Below the pieces are notes generated by a model. The model was not told the DNA's origin and did no database searches. It saw only the letters and a program-made list of their open reading frames with translations. From Escherichia phage 4MG: 64,000 nucleotides of DNA. The stretch lies in sequence record NC_022968.1; one strand, 5' to 3'. The position numbers were made by a program, and so were the translations under genes. Positions 19,132 to 28,590 of the stretch are shown one piece after another; position 1 is the first letter of the stretch, and each line of letters begins with the position of its first letter.

Positions 19132-19627
19132 GTTCTTCAAGTGGTTAGCCGGGTTGTTCTCGTCAAACACGGTGGTTACTGTCGGTAACGGCAACACAAC
19201 GTTTGTTTCACAAACAACCACAACGGTAACAAAGATCCCTCCCCTGACACAGGAAGAGATCTCTCAGATTGCGACAAAAGCTGTGGAAAATGTAGCAGCA
19301 CAGAAGATCGTTACCAATGCTATCGCTGCGGAACGAAAACCTGTGAAGACAGCGCCCAGTCCGAGCGCTAAACCATTAAAGGCTGAAGAGTTGAAAAGGG
19401 CGGTCACTGCATCACGAAACAGGGCGTCTGTTCGCCCAGAACCAGCACGAAGCCGTGCAGTGTCTGATGATGATAGTTATCGTCGCCGTAACGACGACAT
19501 TGCATTCATCAACACAACGACGATCAGCGACACGTATACTCATCATACGTCAAGCCACTCCTCAAGCAGCCATGACTCGTATTCTTCCTGCGATTCTAGC
19601 TCTTCTTTTAGCGGGAGTTGCGATTGA
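19124..19627 (+). CDS. hypothetical protein, Ser-rich C-terminus
   Basis: 167 aa ORF. Confidence 0.45.
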   Translation: MRKFFKWLAGLFSSNTVVTVGNGNTTFVSQTTTTVTKIPPLTQEEISQIATKAVENVAAQKIVTNAIAAERKPVKTAPSPSAKPLKAEELKRAVTASRNRASVRPEPARSRAVSDDDSYRRRNDDIAFINTTTISDTYTHHTSSHSSSSHDSYSSCDSSSSFSGSCD

Positions 19628-19695
19628 AAGTAGAGAAGGCTTTTGTCTGCGCATACTCACATGTGACCAGGGCCATTGTAGAAAAGGAGATTTCA

Positions 19696-19851
19696 ATGAT
19701 TACCTGTGATATGTGTGGGTTGTGTGCATATACGGAAGAGCGTTTGCCGGAGCCGTCCATTGGGGGAGTTGTCAACACTTCCAGTGCGAACACTTCTTGG
19801 ATTGGTCTTCCACCACTTGAACCATTAAATTTGAAAAAGGACAGATTATGA
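19696..19851 (+). CDS. small Cys-rich protein (51 aa)
   Basis: ATG 19696 after AAGGAG; CDMCGLC motif. Confidence 0.35.
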   Translation: MITCDMCGLCAYTEERLPEPSIGGVVNTSSANTSWIGLPPLEPLNLKKDRL

Positions 19852-20057
19852 AAATAGGTTTTATGGCGTTATTGGCGTTAGTATTTATCACACTAAAACT
19901 GTGCGGTGTGATCGCATGGTCATGGTGGTTAGTTCTGCTGCCACTTTACTTCGGTCTGGCGCTTGTCGTTGGTGTGATCGTACTCTTTATCCTTGGTGTG
20001 TTCGGGGTGGCTGGCGTTTCAAGCCTCCTTGAAAAGCTGAAGAAAAAGGGTAAATAA
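19848..20057 (+). CDS. small membrane protein
   Basis: 69 aa; almost entirely hydrophobic; ATGA overlap. Confidence 0.45.
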   Translation: MKIGFMALLALVFITLKLCGVIAWSWWLVLLPLYFGLALVVGVIVLFILGVFGVAGVSSLLEKLKKKGK

Positions 20058-20059
20058 GT

Positions 20060-20088
20060 ATTGACATACAGAGTGCAAACGGGTAAGA
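20060..20088 (+). promoter_or_regulatory. sigma70-like promoter TTGACA-17-TAAGAT with overlapping perfect palindrome
   Basis: TTGACA 20060..20065, TAAGAT 20083..20088; palindrome AACGGGTA-aga-TACCCGTT 20077..20095 spans the -10. Confidence 0.5.
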
Positions 20089-20117
20089 TACCCGTTCACT
20101 CACAAAATGGAGGATTG

Positions 20118-20465
20118 ATGACTGAAGCTGTAACCCCTATCGACAAACAACCCGAAGATCTGCACTTCCTTGACCTTGATGAGGCTCAATTCGGAACGGT
20201 GGTATTCCTTTCAAGCGCTGGCGCTCAAATGAGTCAATTCATTGGCTCAGAACGTATGCGTGAAGAAATGCTCAAAGTTATTAACAGCGGTCAATATGGT
20301 ACTGTTGAAGAGGCTTTGGCATGGGTCCGTGGTCACCGAAACAACCTGCTGCAACTGAATGGTGCGTCATCCTTCGCGATGAACCTGTTGAGCCAGGTTG
20401 AAGACCTGATTGTTGATAGACTTCTGGGTGTTGGTACTGAAACCCAGACTGAAGAAACCAAGTAA
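20118..20465 (+). CDS. hypothetical protein
   Basis: ATG 20118 after GGAGGA; within track ORF 20061..20465. Confidence 0.5.
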   Translation: MTEAVTPIDKQPEDLHFLDLDEAQFGTVVFLSSAGAQMSQFIGSERMREEMLKVINSGQYGTVEEALAWVRGHRNNLLQLNGASSFAMNLLSQVEDLIVDRLLGVGTETQTEETK

Positions 20466-20478
20466 TAAAGGAGAGAGA

Positions 20479-21618
20479 ATGAGCGTAATTACTGAAGTAG
20501 TGAACCCGGCTGATGATTCTGTTGCACTGAAAGCTAAAGGTGTGATCAAACGTATCTTTATCAAGCGTATCAACGCCGATGGTTCACCTAAGGTAACCAA
20601 CATCACCAAGGGTCCAAACAAAGGGAAATCTATTTCCGCGACCCACCGTTATTCCATTCTGCTGACAGCGGGGGGTGTTGATGAATTCGTATCTTTCGGT
20701 GAGGGTGAAGTTAAAAACCTGAAGTACGAAAACCAGTTCCAAGTTAAAACCGACGATGGCTATAAAGATTTGCTGCCCGGTGCAGAGATCTCCATCTACC
20801 CGGTTGAGAAACAGGAATATCAGAAAGATGGTGAAACCAAAGTTTCTTACCAAGGCAAGCGTAAGAACATCAAGATTCTGGTAGATGCACCTGCTGATGC
20901 GGCTCCACAGCAATCAAGTGCTCCGGCACAAACTGGCGGTGCAAAGGGTGCTAAGATCTACGGTGAGATCCTGTCTATCGACGGCAACGTTGCGGTTGTT
21001 AACGATGAGAAGCAGGGTGAGGGGCGTGTGGTTCTGACTGCCGATCAACTAGCAGAGGTTTCTGTGGGTGGTCGTCTGGCTGCTTTCGTAGATCTTTCTA
21101 CAGGCAACATCATCAACAGCTTCAAGGCCTATGGCCCTGTTGGTCAAGGTGGTGGTTCTGGTGGGAAAGGTAAGCGTACCCCTTACGATCCTGTGGGTGT
21201 ATCTGCTGGTCATGCCATGAACGCACTGGTCAACCTGAAGCTGTCAGGCTTTAAGGGTGACGTAGAGGCGGCAGGCAAGGTTGTTCATGATGTGACAACC
21301 AAGCTGATCAAGGAACTTTCCGAAACTGAAGGAAAAGATGTTGGTCAGACTGTAGGTAACGCTGTTAAGTTTGCTGTGACAAACATTGCTGTTAAAGGCA
21401 AGGTTATCGACGCAGATGAACTGGAGAAGGCAACACGCGAAGCGTATGCCCTTGCAGCGACGTTCTATGCATACGCCAGTGCAACTGCACAGGAAGAGGC
21501 TCAGAAGCCAGCACAGAGCGCCCCAGAGCCGCAGGTAGGCAATGGTACAGTATCTGCACCGCCTGTTGATTTCGATGACACCCCTCCTCTGGACTTCGAC
21601 GACGATATTCCGTTCTAA
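20479..21618 (+). CDS. single-stranded DNA-binding protein-like, with bacterial-SSB-type acidic tail
   Basis: ATG 20479 after AAGGAGAGAGA; C-terminus ...VDFDDTPPLDFDDDIPF, identical in its last 8 residues to the canonical E. coli SSB tip. Confidence 0.6.
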   Translation: MSVITEVVNPADDSVALKAKGVIKRIFIKRINADGSPKVTNITKGPNKGKSISATHRYSILLTAGGVDEFVSFGEGEVKNLKYENQFQVKTDDGYKDLLPGAEISIYPVEKQEYQKDGETKVSYQGKRKNIKILVDAPADAAPQQSSAPAQTGGAKGAKIYGEILSIDGNVAVVNDEKQGEGRVVLTADQLAEVSVGGRLAAFVDLSTGNIINSFKAYGPVGQGGGSGGKGKRTPYDPVGVSAGHAMNALVNLKLSGFKGDVEAAGKVVHDVTTKLIKELSETEGKDVGQTVGNAVKFAVTNIAVKGKVIDADELEKATREAYALAATFYAYASATAQEEAQKPAQSAPEPQVGNGTVSAPPVDFDDTPPLDFDDDIPF

Positions 21619-21626
21619 ATAAGAAA

Positions 21627-21649
21627 GGCTCCCGATTGGGAGCCTTTTT
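21627..21649. terminator. bidirectional rho-independent terminator between convergent genes
   Basis: GGCTCCC-GATT-GGGAGCC hairpin with T-runs on both strands. Confidence 0.65.
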
Positions 21650-21650
21650 G

Positions 21651-23354
21651 TTATGGAGCGTTTACCGACAGATAAGAACTATCATCTGCTGTCACAGTCT
21701 GTAGGGCTGCTGTAGCATGGATACGTGTTCCACCGTCAGCCACTGCCGTAATAAGTCCTGTGGAGCTTACTGTGGCGACAGTCGGGTCTTCACTTGAGAA
21801 GGTGATTGAGTAGCCGTCAAGGTTCTCTACACCCGCTGGTGTGACAGTGTATACCAATTGCTTGGTCTCACCAACAGTCATTGCAGAGAGACTATCTGTA
21901 GCCATTCCCATCGTAGAGGCATAACCACCAGAGGTATCTGTCAGAGTTGTTGCACTAGTCCCTGTCTTCGCCGTCATGGTGATATCAAATCCACCTTCCG
22001 CAACGAACGTCATTAATCCGTTAGCATCAACAGTTGCAAACTCTGGGTGACTTGAGCTAAACTGTAGGTCATAGATTTCAGCCCCAGGTGGGTCGATAGA
22101 CCACGTAAGCTGTTTCGTAGCACCAACAATCGCAACACCGATAGCGCCTGTCGTGATGGAATCTGCACGGATACCTTCGAAGGAATTCTCAGGAACGTTT
22201 GTGAAGTTACCAACCACAGTCGTTGATCCGAAAAATCCTTTAGGGTTACCAGTGTAGAACAGGTTACCATCGTAGACCATCCAATGCCCCAGTGTACCAC
22301 CCTGAGCCATGTTGTCTCCTTTTATCTCAGCAACAAAGGTCAGCTTACTCAGGTCCCAATCGGCCCCCGTAGGTACAGGGATGATGGTTGGCACAGTTAC
22401 AGCAGTGGTGGTGTTACCCAGTCCAAGGTTTCTCTGTGAATCACCGAGGGCATATAGAACACCATCAGCGATGAAGAATCTTGATTGTCCACCATCAAGA
22501 ACACGGAAAGTCGTAAAAGGACCGAACGTAGTAACTTTTGTATAGGCCCCGTTACTTGTTGTAATGCCACGGGTGTAAAGATAATGGTCGGTATCTGAAG
22601 CACCAGTAGAGGCGATTGCAATCGTGTTGTCTTCGTTGCACATCCACTCTTTTGCGTAGATGGTCCCGGTAGCCCCTGGGAATGTTACGCTGGCGAAGCT
22701 GGTGATTGGTGTAAATGACCCGTTAATACCGTAAGTAGAACCACATACACGAGGAACACCAACGTTGTTAAGATAGGTCACACAAGCATTCAGGCCAAAC
22801 GCACGGACACAGGAAGAACTAATTGTTCGCGGGATAGAGATCGGGTTTGAGTTTCCTGATCCCAGACATCCGTTTGCATTAGATCCGCTGCCATAAAGAG
22901 TTCCGTTGTTCATGACCCACAATGCGTTACCACCACCACCAACCACACTGACAAGGTTTGCCAGGTTAACAGTGCCAGTAATTGAAGATGGAAAACTGGT
23001 CCATGCCATCATGTTAGCCGTTGTACCTGTGAACTGACCTTGGTCACCCGCATATTGCCAGCCACCGCTATTATATTTTACAACAAAAGCCTTCCCAACA
23101 CCAAAAACATCTGCTACATTACTTGCAGCAAGCTTCCAGTGATCGTAAAATGGGCTGGTTGTTCCATCTGCACATTCACCCCAAGCGTTATCACCTTGGG
23201 TGTATAGTCTTCCGTCAGACAGCAGGATAGCCATAGATCTTTTAACACCTGTGGTCTGCTCTCTTGTGAAGGCAATCTTTTTTACCCCGCCTGGTGGCAG
23301 AGGTGTTGTCCCACCACCCGCCATTAGCAGGAAGAGACTTGGGATAGGAAACAT
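21651..23354 (-). CDS. fiber/virion protein with RCC1-like repeats and two Big_2-like Ig domains
   Basis: 567 aa; repeated LYxxGxNxxGxLG motifs; C-terminal Ig-like segments; AGGAGG SD. Confidence 0.55.
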   Translation of the reverse strand: MFPIPSLFLLMAGGGTTPLPPGGVKKIAFTREQTTGVKRSMAILLSDGRLYTQGDNAWGECADGTTSPFYDHWKLAASNVADVFGVGKAFVVKYNSGGWQYAGDQGQFTGTTANMMAWTSFPSSITGTVNLANLVSVVGGGGNALWVMNNGTLYGSGSNANGCLGSGNSNPISIPRTISSSCVRAFGLNACVTYLNNVGVPRVCGSTYGINGSFTPITSFASVTFPGATGTIYAKEWMCNEDNTIAIASTGASDTDHYLYTRGITTSNGAYTKVTTFGPFTTFRVLDGGQSRFFIADGVLYALGDSQRNLGLGNTTTAVTVPTIIPVPTGADWDLSKLTFVAEIKGDNMAQGGTLGHWMVYDGNLFYTGNPKGFFGSTTVVGNFTNVPENSFEGIRADSITTGAIGVAIVGATKQLTWSIDPPGAEIYDLQFSSSHPEFATVDANGLMTFVAEGGFDITMTAKTGTSATTLTDTSGGYASTMGMATDSLSAMTVGETKQLVYTVTPAGVENLDGYSITFSSEDPTVATVSSTGLITAVADGGTRIHATAALQTVTADDSSYLSVNAP

Positions 23355-23373
23355 TAAAACCTCCTAAAGAAAA

Positions 23374-23391
23374 GGCTGTCCGAAGACAGCC
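23374..23391 (-). terminator. intergenic UUCG hairpin + U-tract (terminator/attenuator)
   Basis: Minus-strand GGCTGTC-UUCG-GACAGCC followed by UUUUCUUU. Confidence 0.5.
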
Positions 23392-23398
23392 CTTGGTA

Positions 23399-25198
23399 TT
23401 ACGGACGACGAACAATAACGGTGTCGATCACACCATCTTCAACGCCATTATAGGTTAGCTGAAGGATGGTTACAGAACCCGCAGTCTGATTGATTGTCTC
23501 GCTGTTGAGAACCAGATAGTTAGGGTCCAGTGTGACAGTATGACCTCCGGTGGCATCCTGAGTCAGATAAATCATCGCAGAGAATGCGTTTGGTGGAGAA
23601 GGCCATGCACCGATTGTCAGGTTAGCATCAACCAGCACAGTGTAGATGTTGGATGTACCACTCGGTGTCCAGTTAGCCGTTGAGCTTTCTACATCTTCCG
23701 CAACAAGAGTCAGGAATCCAACACGAGCATTAGGAAGGTCTGCGGTATCTTGTACCGTCAGAGTAGCAGCCGTAACAGATCCTGTAGCTGTCAGAGAAGC
23801 AACGCTAACAGATTGTCCGGTAAGGTCAACTGTCAGTCCAGTTACAGTCCCTTGGATAACAAGGTTATTAACCGTAGTTGTTCCAGACCCGTTATTCAGG
23901 GTCACATCCCCGGTAGCAGACAGGTTACCAGTGATTGCTACATCGCCAGTTACGTTAAGGCCTGAAAGAAGCTCTGTTGAACCAGTTACAGACAGATTAC
24001 CACCGATTGCGCCATTAGCAGAACCTGTAGTGAAACCGCCGTTAAGGTTGCTCAGACCACCAACAGTGAAAGGTCCTGTGATTGTACCACTTGAGGCAGT
24101 GAAGTCAACAAGGGTTGTTGACCCATCTACCTTCAGGGTGTTAATCACCTCAAGACTTGAAAATGTGGTGTTGCCGAGAGTAGCAGAACCGTTAACAACC
24201 AGGTCAGAACCAACAGTTACACCTGCGGTAGTCGTAACAGAGTTAGGCAGAATGTCAAGGCCATTAACACTGAAGCTCAAACCAGTCACAGAACCTGTGA
24301 TATGGAGGTTCTCAACCTCTGTCATTCCTGATACTTTCAGACGCGGAGCGGAGATATCCTTCGCGTTATTACCACGGATATACACATAATCGAAGACGTT
24401 GTTACCAACACCTGTCAGAGACATTGTTGTGTCATCAGCAGCAACTGTGCCGTTGACAATAATGTCTGTTTGCAGGTTGTGGGTCTGGATCGCATAAGGA
24501 TCAAGACGGGTCTTGAAGAATGTTGGGTTTCCTGCATCTGTATAGACGAAAGTAAGGCTTGAAGCCTGCTTAGTCAAAATCAGGTTTTGGAAACGTCCGG
24601 TGGAGTTGTCTGCGTTGACCGGGCCGTTAAGAGTGGTTGTACCATTCACAGTCAAGTTGTTCAGTGTCGTTGCACCAGAAACAGTTACGTTCGCAAAGGT
24701 AACACTACCACCAGAGATACTGGACAAAGCATTTGCAATCGCAGTCGTAACGAAAGCGGTTGTTGCAATTGTCGTACTGTTGCTGTTTGCAGCAGGTGTT
24801 GGGGCCTGCGGGTTACCTGTCAGGATTGGGCTGTTGATTGGAGCATAGATGGATGCCATCGCCGCTGCATCATTGTACAGTCTCCAGTTGACGCTGGTAG
24901 ATGGGTTTGCTGGGAGAGTTACAGGAGCAGTTGCCGTTGCACCCGGAGCATACCACCACTGAACACCATTGGTGCCATTAAATGCGTAAAGCTGGTTAAA
25001 GACCGTCGCTTGAGACCCGGCTACCCAGGGAATAGGCGGTGTCTTGAAAAATAAGTTGTCCAGAAGTGCTTTACGAACTGTTGGGATGGTGCTACCATCT
25101 TCAGTAACAACAGTTTCAGAAGCAGTACCGTTGACAACTTTGTGCAGGCGTTCAGAGTCTTCGATGACCTGATCAACAGCCTGTTCAAATTGAGTCAT
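23399..25198 (-). CDS. tail fiber protein
   Basis: Thr/Ser/Gly/Asn-rich beta-type repeats (NLTVNGTTTLNG...); start ambiguous (ATG 25198 vs GTG 25243). Confidence 0.55.
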   Translation of the reverse strand: MTQFEQAVDQVIEDSERLHKVVNGTASETVVTEDGSTIPTVRKALLDNLFFKTPPIPWVAGSQATVFNQLYAFNGTNGVQWWYAPGATATAPVTLPANPSTSVNWRLYNDAAAMASIYAPINSPILTGNPQAPTPAANSNSTTIATTAFVTTAIANALSSISGGSVTFANVTVSGATTLNNLTVNGTTTLNGPVNADNSTGRFQNLILTKQASSLTFVYTDAGNPTFFKTRLDPYAIQTHNLQTDIIVNGTVAADDTTMSLTGVGNNVFDYVYIRGNNAKDISAPRLKVSGMTEVENLHITGSVTGLSFSVNGLDILPNSVTTTAGVTVGSDLVVNGSATLGNTTFSSLEVINTLKVDGSTTLVDFTASSGTITGPFTVGGLSNLNGGFTTGSANGAIGGNLSVTGSTELLSGLNVTGDVAITGNLSATGDVTLNNGSGTTTVNNLVIQGTVTGLTVDLTGQSVSVASLTATGSVTAATLTVQDTADLPNARVGFLTLVAEDVESSTANWTPSGTSNIYTVLVDANLTIGAWPSPPNAFSAMIYLTQDATGGHTVTLDPNYLVLNSETINQTAGSVTILQLTYNGVEDGVIDTVIVRRP

Positions 25199-25217
25199 AT
25201 CTGCCACAAGAGTCTCC

Positions 25218-25487
25218 TTATTGGTCTGACTTTTGCTCTTCACGTTGGGCTTCTGTTACGCCCCAACGAAGAGAGATGAGTTTACTGATAAGTTGCGGTG
25301 CAGCAACAGTGGGTGCATATACCCACATATACCACTCTGTCAACGTGCCTTTGAATCCCCAATAGAGGAATACTGCGGTCATAGATGCCAGGCCGATATT
25401 GCTCCAGAACTTTGTGTGTGAAGCCTTCTCAGGATCAACTGGTGATCTAACGAGGTCCTTCAAAAATTTCATTATTGATTTTAACAT
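25218..25487 (-). CDS. small membrane protein
   Basis: 89 aa, one hydrophobic helix; GAGG SD. Confidence 0.4.
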   Translation of the reverse strand: MLKSIMKFLKDLVRSPVDPEKASHTKFWSNIGLASMTAVFLYWGFKGTLTEWYMWVYAPTVAAPQLISKLISLRWGVTEAQREEQKSDQ

Positions 25488-25502
25488 ATTTCCTCAAGAT
25501 TC

Positions 25503-25976
25503 TCAATGAACTAACATGGGGAGGAACCTTGCAAGAACCACGAGGCTTACCACGGTTGCAGTCTTAATCCACTCTTTGACTGTGTTATCCTTGAAGGATG
25601 CACAAAGGATCAGAACCTCCATAAAGGTCTGGTATGACGAGTTGATGACAAAGTTCAATGCAAATGGTAAGAGGAATGGAAATTGCATGACTATTATCTG
25701 GCAGAAGAGTATTGGAACCGACACGGCAAGTGTCAACTTCTTCTTCCATCCCGACAATACACACGCTGTACAAAATAAAAGGGCGATGTCGAGTAACCAA
25801 CAGAACGTCATATACAACGACAGATCAAAATAAACACTGTGTGCAGAGAACCACCAGTACATAAAGTTCTCTAGAAGAATATGGATCATACCAAAGATAG
25901 ACATGATCCGTATTCCCTTGTCAGTATTAAGCAGCAGCACTGCAAAGCAAATGAAATACAGTGCTGAACTTATCAT
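25503..25976 (-). CDS. polytopic membrane protein
   Basis: 157 aa, about 4 hydrophobic helices. Confidence 0.4.
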   Translation of the reverse strand: MISSALYFICFAVLLLNTDKGIRIMSIFGMIHILLENFMYWWFSAHSVYFDLSLYMTFCWLLDIALLFCTACVLSGWKKKLTLAVSVPILFCQIIVMQFPFLLPFALNFVINSSYQTFMEVLILCASFKDNTVKEWIKTATVVSLVVLARFLPMLVH

Positions 25977-26287
25977 TTGAATTGACGCTCCATTAGCATT
26001 TGAAACTGCTTGCTAAGGTCGCTACGTAAGTCACCAACGTCATCCTTGATGTCTTTACGCAATTCTGAAACGTCATCACGAACCGTCTTGAGTTTCTTAT
26101 CGAGAATCTCATCCAGTTTTTCTTTTGTGACCATCTCTGCCTTAATCCTTATGATATCTTTATCAAGTTCATCAAGGCGTTCTTGCGTTTTTTTGTAGTC
26201 AGAGTATGTGATTCTCAGGACACCAATCAGCACAAACGTGATAACGCCCCATACGGCTTTAAGGATAGCAAATAGATCAATGGACAT
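25973..26287 (-). CDS. membrane-anchored coiled-coil protein
   Basis: 104 aa; N-terminal TM then charged heptad-like region. Confidence 0.4.
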   Translation of the reverse strand: MSIDLFAILKAVWGVITFVLIGVLRITYSDYKKTQERLDELDKDIIRIKAEMVTKEKLDEILDKKLKTVRDDVSELRKDIKDDVGDLRSDLSKQFQMLMERQFK

Positions 26288-26296
26288 GGTAGCTCC

Positions 26297-26812
26297 TTAT
26301 ACGCGAGGTTGCTTTGGTAGAGAACCTACGTCTTGAGCTTCACGAACCTTGACTCTATAGGCTTTCCAGTTCTTAAGAGCGGTTACCTCTCCGGCAGTTG
26401 CCGTTTCCAGATCCACTTTGTCCTGATACTGAGCGATCTTATCGTTCGCCAGTGCCAGAAGATTTTGTTTCTGGGTATCAAGATCTCTCGTCAAGAAATC
26501 AGGGTTGATCTTGAATTTGAGAGTCTTTGGGTCAAAGAGGTATTTGCGACCAAGCTCCAGATCAGCAGGCACCTTATCCAGAGGAACCTCAATCAGAGAG
26601 GCCCCCGGTGGATACAGGGAACTAGCATCAAGGGAGAACCCGGTGACAATCCCATCTACGTACAAGACCTTCATTGTGTCTTCTTTCATATCCTTAATGG
26701 CCTCGTAGAAATCCTGACCATCTTTGGATCTGAAGAACATTACGCCGTAAGCAGCAAGTTCTTCAGGAACTTTCTCAGGAGTATAGATCTCCACGTTCTT
26801 AAGGTGTACCAT
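26297..26812 (-). CDS. putative tail fiber assembly protein
   Basis: 171 aa directly downstream of a fiber gene (position-based inference). Confidence 0.35.
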   Translation of the reverse strand: MVHLKNVEIYTPEKVPEELAAYGVMFFRSKDGQDFYEAIKDMKEDTMKVLYVDGIVTGFSLDASSLYPPGASLIEVPLDKVPADLELGRKYLFDPKTLKFKINPDFLTRDLDTQKQNLLALANDKIAQYQDKVDLETATAGEVTALKNWKAYRVKVREAQDVGSLPKQPRV

Positions 26813-26823
26813 ACATCCTCCTG

Positions 26824-27936
26824 TTATAATTGCCCGATTGTGTACCAGCCGCCGTTGATATACTTCTGGATAGGACGGGAATACATATCACGGAATTCGT
26901 CGTTGTTACCTGATTTAGACCAGATGTTAAAACCTGTCACAACACATCCACCAGGCGCACGGTAAACAAAGGATTCGTTACCCAGAGAATAACGGTTTGT
27001 AGAAATTTCTGAGCCAAGACGCATATCCTGAACACCTTGTGGTGGCAGGGAAATTGTTACGTTACCATTACCGTCTGCGGTGTTACCGTTCACAGCACGG
27101 ACAACATGACGACCACCAACCGTTGCGCTGTTGTTCTGGACAACGAGGTTGGCAGTTGTAGTCGTTGAACTCACGTTAAGAGTTCCGGTTGAAACGTTGT
27201 TAGTAGCCACAACGTTGGTAGCACGGGTAGTTGTTGACTGGAGGGTGTTGACCGTCCAAGTGTTGCTCACTGTACCGTTTGTGAAAGTCGCAGAGGTTGC
27301 TGTCATTGAAGAACCCTGAATACTTCCGCTTGCAATGATGTTACCAGTTACACGACACAGAGCAGCCGTAGCGCTGATCGCGTTAAGCTCCATCATCGTA
27401 AAGATGCTACCACCAGAAGGTGTAAAGCGGAAACGCATTGTGTCTACACCGGAAGCCCCTGCGGTCCCTGGGTTATCGCCAAGAACAAAGTCAAAGTATG
27501 TCCAGTCAGATGCCGGGTTGGTTGTGGTGATGTAAGCAAAGTCAGAAGAAGATGCCTGCAAATCCAGACGAGGAACAGACAGGTTACCCGTCATGGTATC
27601 GCCAGAGATATTCACATAGCGAGTATCTGACTCACCCTTGCTCCAAACATCAAGATTTGTACGGGCTGTTGCCTTGTTAGGGACATCAGCAAGGTTTTGA
27701 GTTACACGCAGGAAACGACTGTCAAGACCGGGGATTTGCTCACCCGTGATGTACTTCGCCCATGCTGTCACCATGTTTAACACATAGTTGAACTCTTCAC
27801 AAGAGGGTTTCTCTCCCAGATCCCAACCTTTATTCCAAAGGTCATCAATAGGACGGGATTTGTTTAACTCGTGGGTGTTAGGGAGGACAATGTTCCCATA
27901 GGCCCAAATTTCAATAGGTACTGTTGGCGCTGCCAT
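26824..27936 (-). CDS. tail fiber protein
   Basis: 370 aa; Thr/Asn/Ser-rich repeats; in P2-like J-I-H-G gene order. Confidence 0.5.
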   Translation of the reverse strand: MAAPTVPIEIWAYGNIVLPNTHELNKSRPIDDLWNKGWDLGEKPSCEEFNYVLNMVTAWAKYITGEQIPGLDSRFLRVTQNLADVPNKATARTNLDVWSKGESDTRYVNISGDTMTGNLSVPRLDLQASSSDFAYITTTNPASDWTYFDFVLGDNPGTAGASGVDTMRFRFTPSGGSIFTMMELNAISATAALCRVTGNIIASGSIQGSSMTATSATFTNGTVSNTWTVNTLQSTTTRATNVVATNNVSTGTLNVSSTTTTANLVVQNNSATVGGRHVVRAVNGNTADGNGNVTISLPPQGVQDMRLGSEISTNRYSLGNESFVYRAPGGCVVTGFNIWSKSGNNDEFRDMYSRPIQKYINGGWYTIGQL

Positions 27937-27947
27937 TGTAATCTCCC

Positions 27948-28580
27948 TTAAATCAAGGTATTCTCTTCATCAGACGTGTATGTCAGGTGAGCAAGGCCAC
28001 CTTCACCTGTACGACCACCGGAGTGGATTGAGCCGAAGCCCAGTGCGTATTTATCGCCTGAGAATCCAAAAGCCGTACCGCTGGACTCAGTGAGTCTCAG
28101 GTGGGTAGGCATAGGCAACATGTCTTGGATCTCCTGGAGAGCAGTCTCCAGTTCAAAACATGTCTTGGAAATGTTGATGTCGAAACGGTAGTTGTCACCT
28201 TTGTATGTGGTGAAGTTACCAGTCCCAAATAATTGATCGAGCGTGTCAATAACCTCAGGTCTTGTACCGTGCTTCGCAGCACTCGCAAGAAGGATGATGA
28301 TGATCGCACGATAGTTCATATCGCTAAGACCATTACGTTCGATCCCGACCTGCTTACCAATCTCATCGAGGTTGACACCCGTCGCATTCTTCAGTAATCT
28401 ACCTTCAGACAGATTGACCCACATTTCGTCAACTGCCTTAAGTCTTTCAAGATACACTGTCAGAAATTTGACAAGGTTTTCTTTCTCTTTCAGAAAATCG
28501 CCAGGGAGGTAATCAATACCTCCTTGAACGAAATCTGGCAGAGTATGGATGTGGTTGACATCCTTTAGATAATCTGCCAT
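27948..28580 (-). CDS. baseplate protein (gpI-like by position)
   Basis: 210 aa between J-like and fiber genes. Confidence 0.4.
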   Translation of the reverse strand: MADYLKDVNHIHTLPDFVQGGIDYLPGDFLKEKENLVKFLTVYLERLKAVDEMWVNLSEGRLLKNATGVNLDEIGKQVGIERNGLSDMNYRAIIIILLASAAKHGTRPEVIDTLDQLFGTGNFTTYKGDNYRFDINISKTCFELETALQEIQDMLPMPTHLRLTESSGTAFGFSGDKYALGFGSIHSGGRTGEGGLAHLTYTSDEENTLI

Positions 28581-28590
28581 GCTTACCTCG

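Noticed and set aside
25243-25243. GTG start at 25243 for the 23399.. fiber gene
   Set aside because: It would overlap the upstream gene by 26 nt without an SD; ATG 25198 preferred, but both remain possible.
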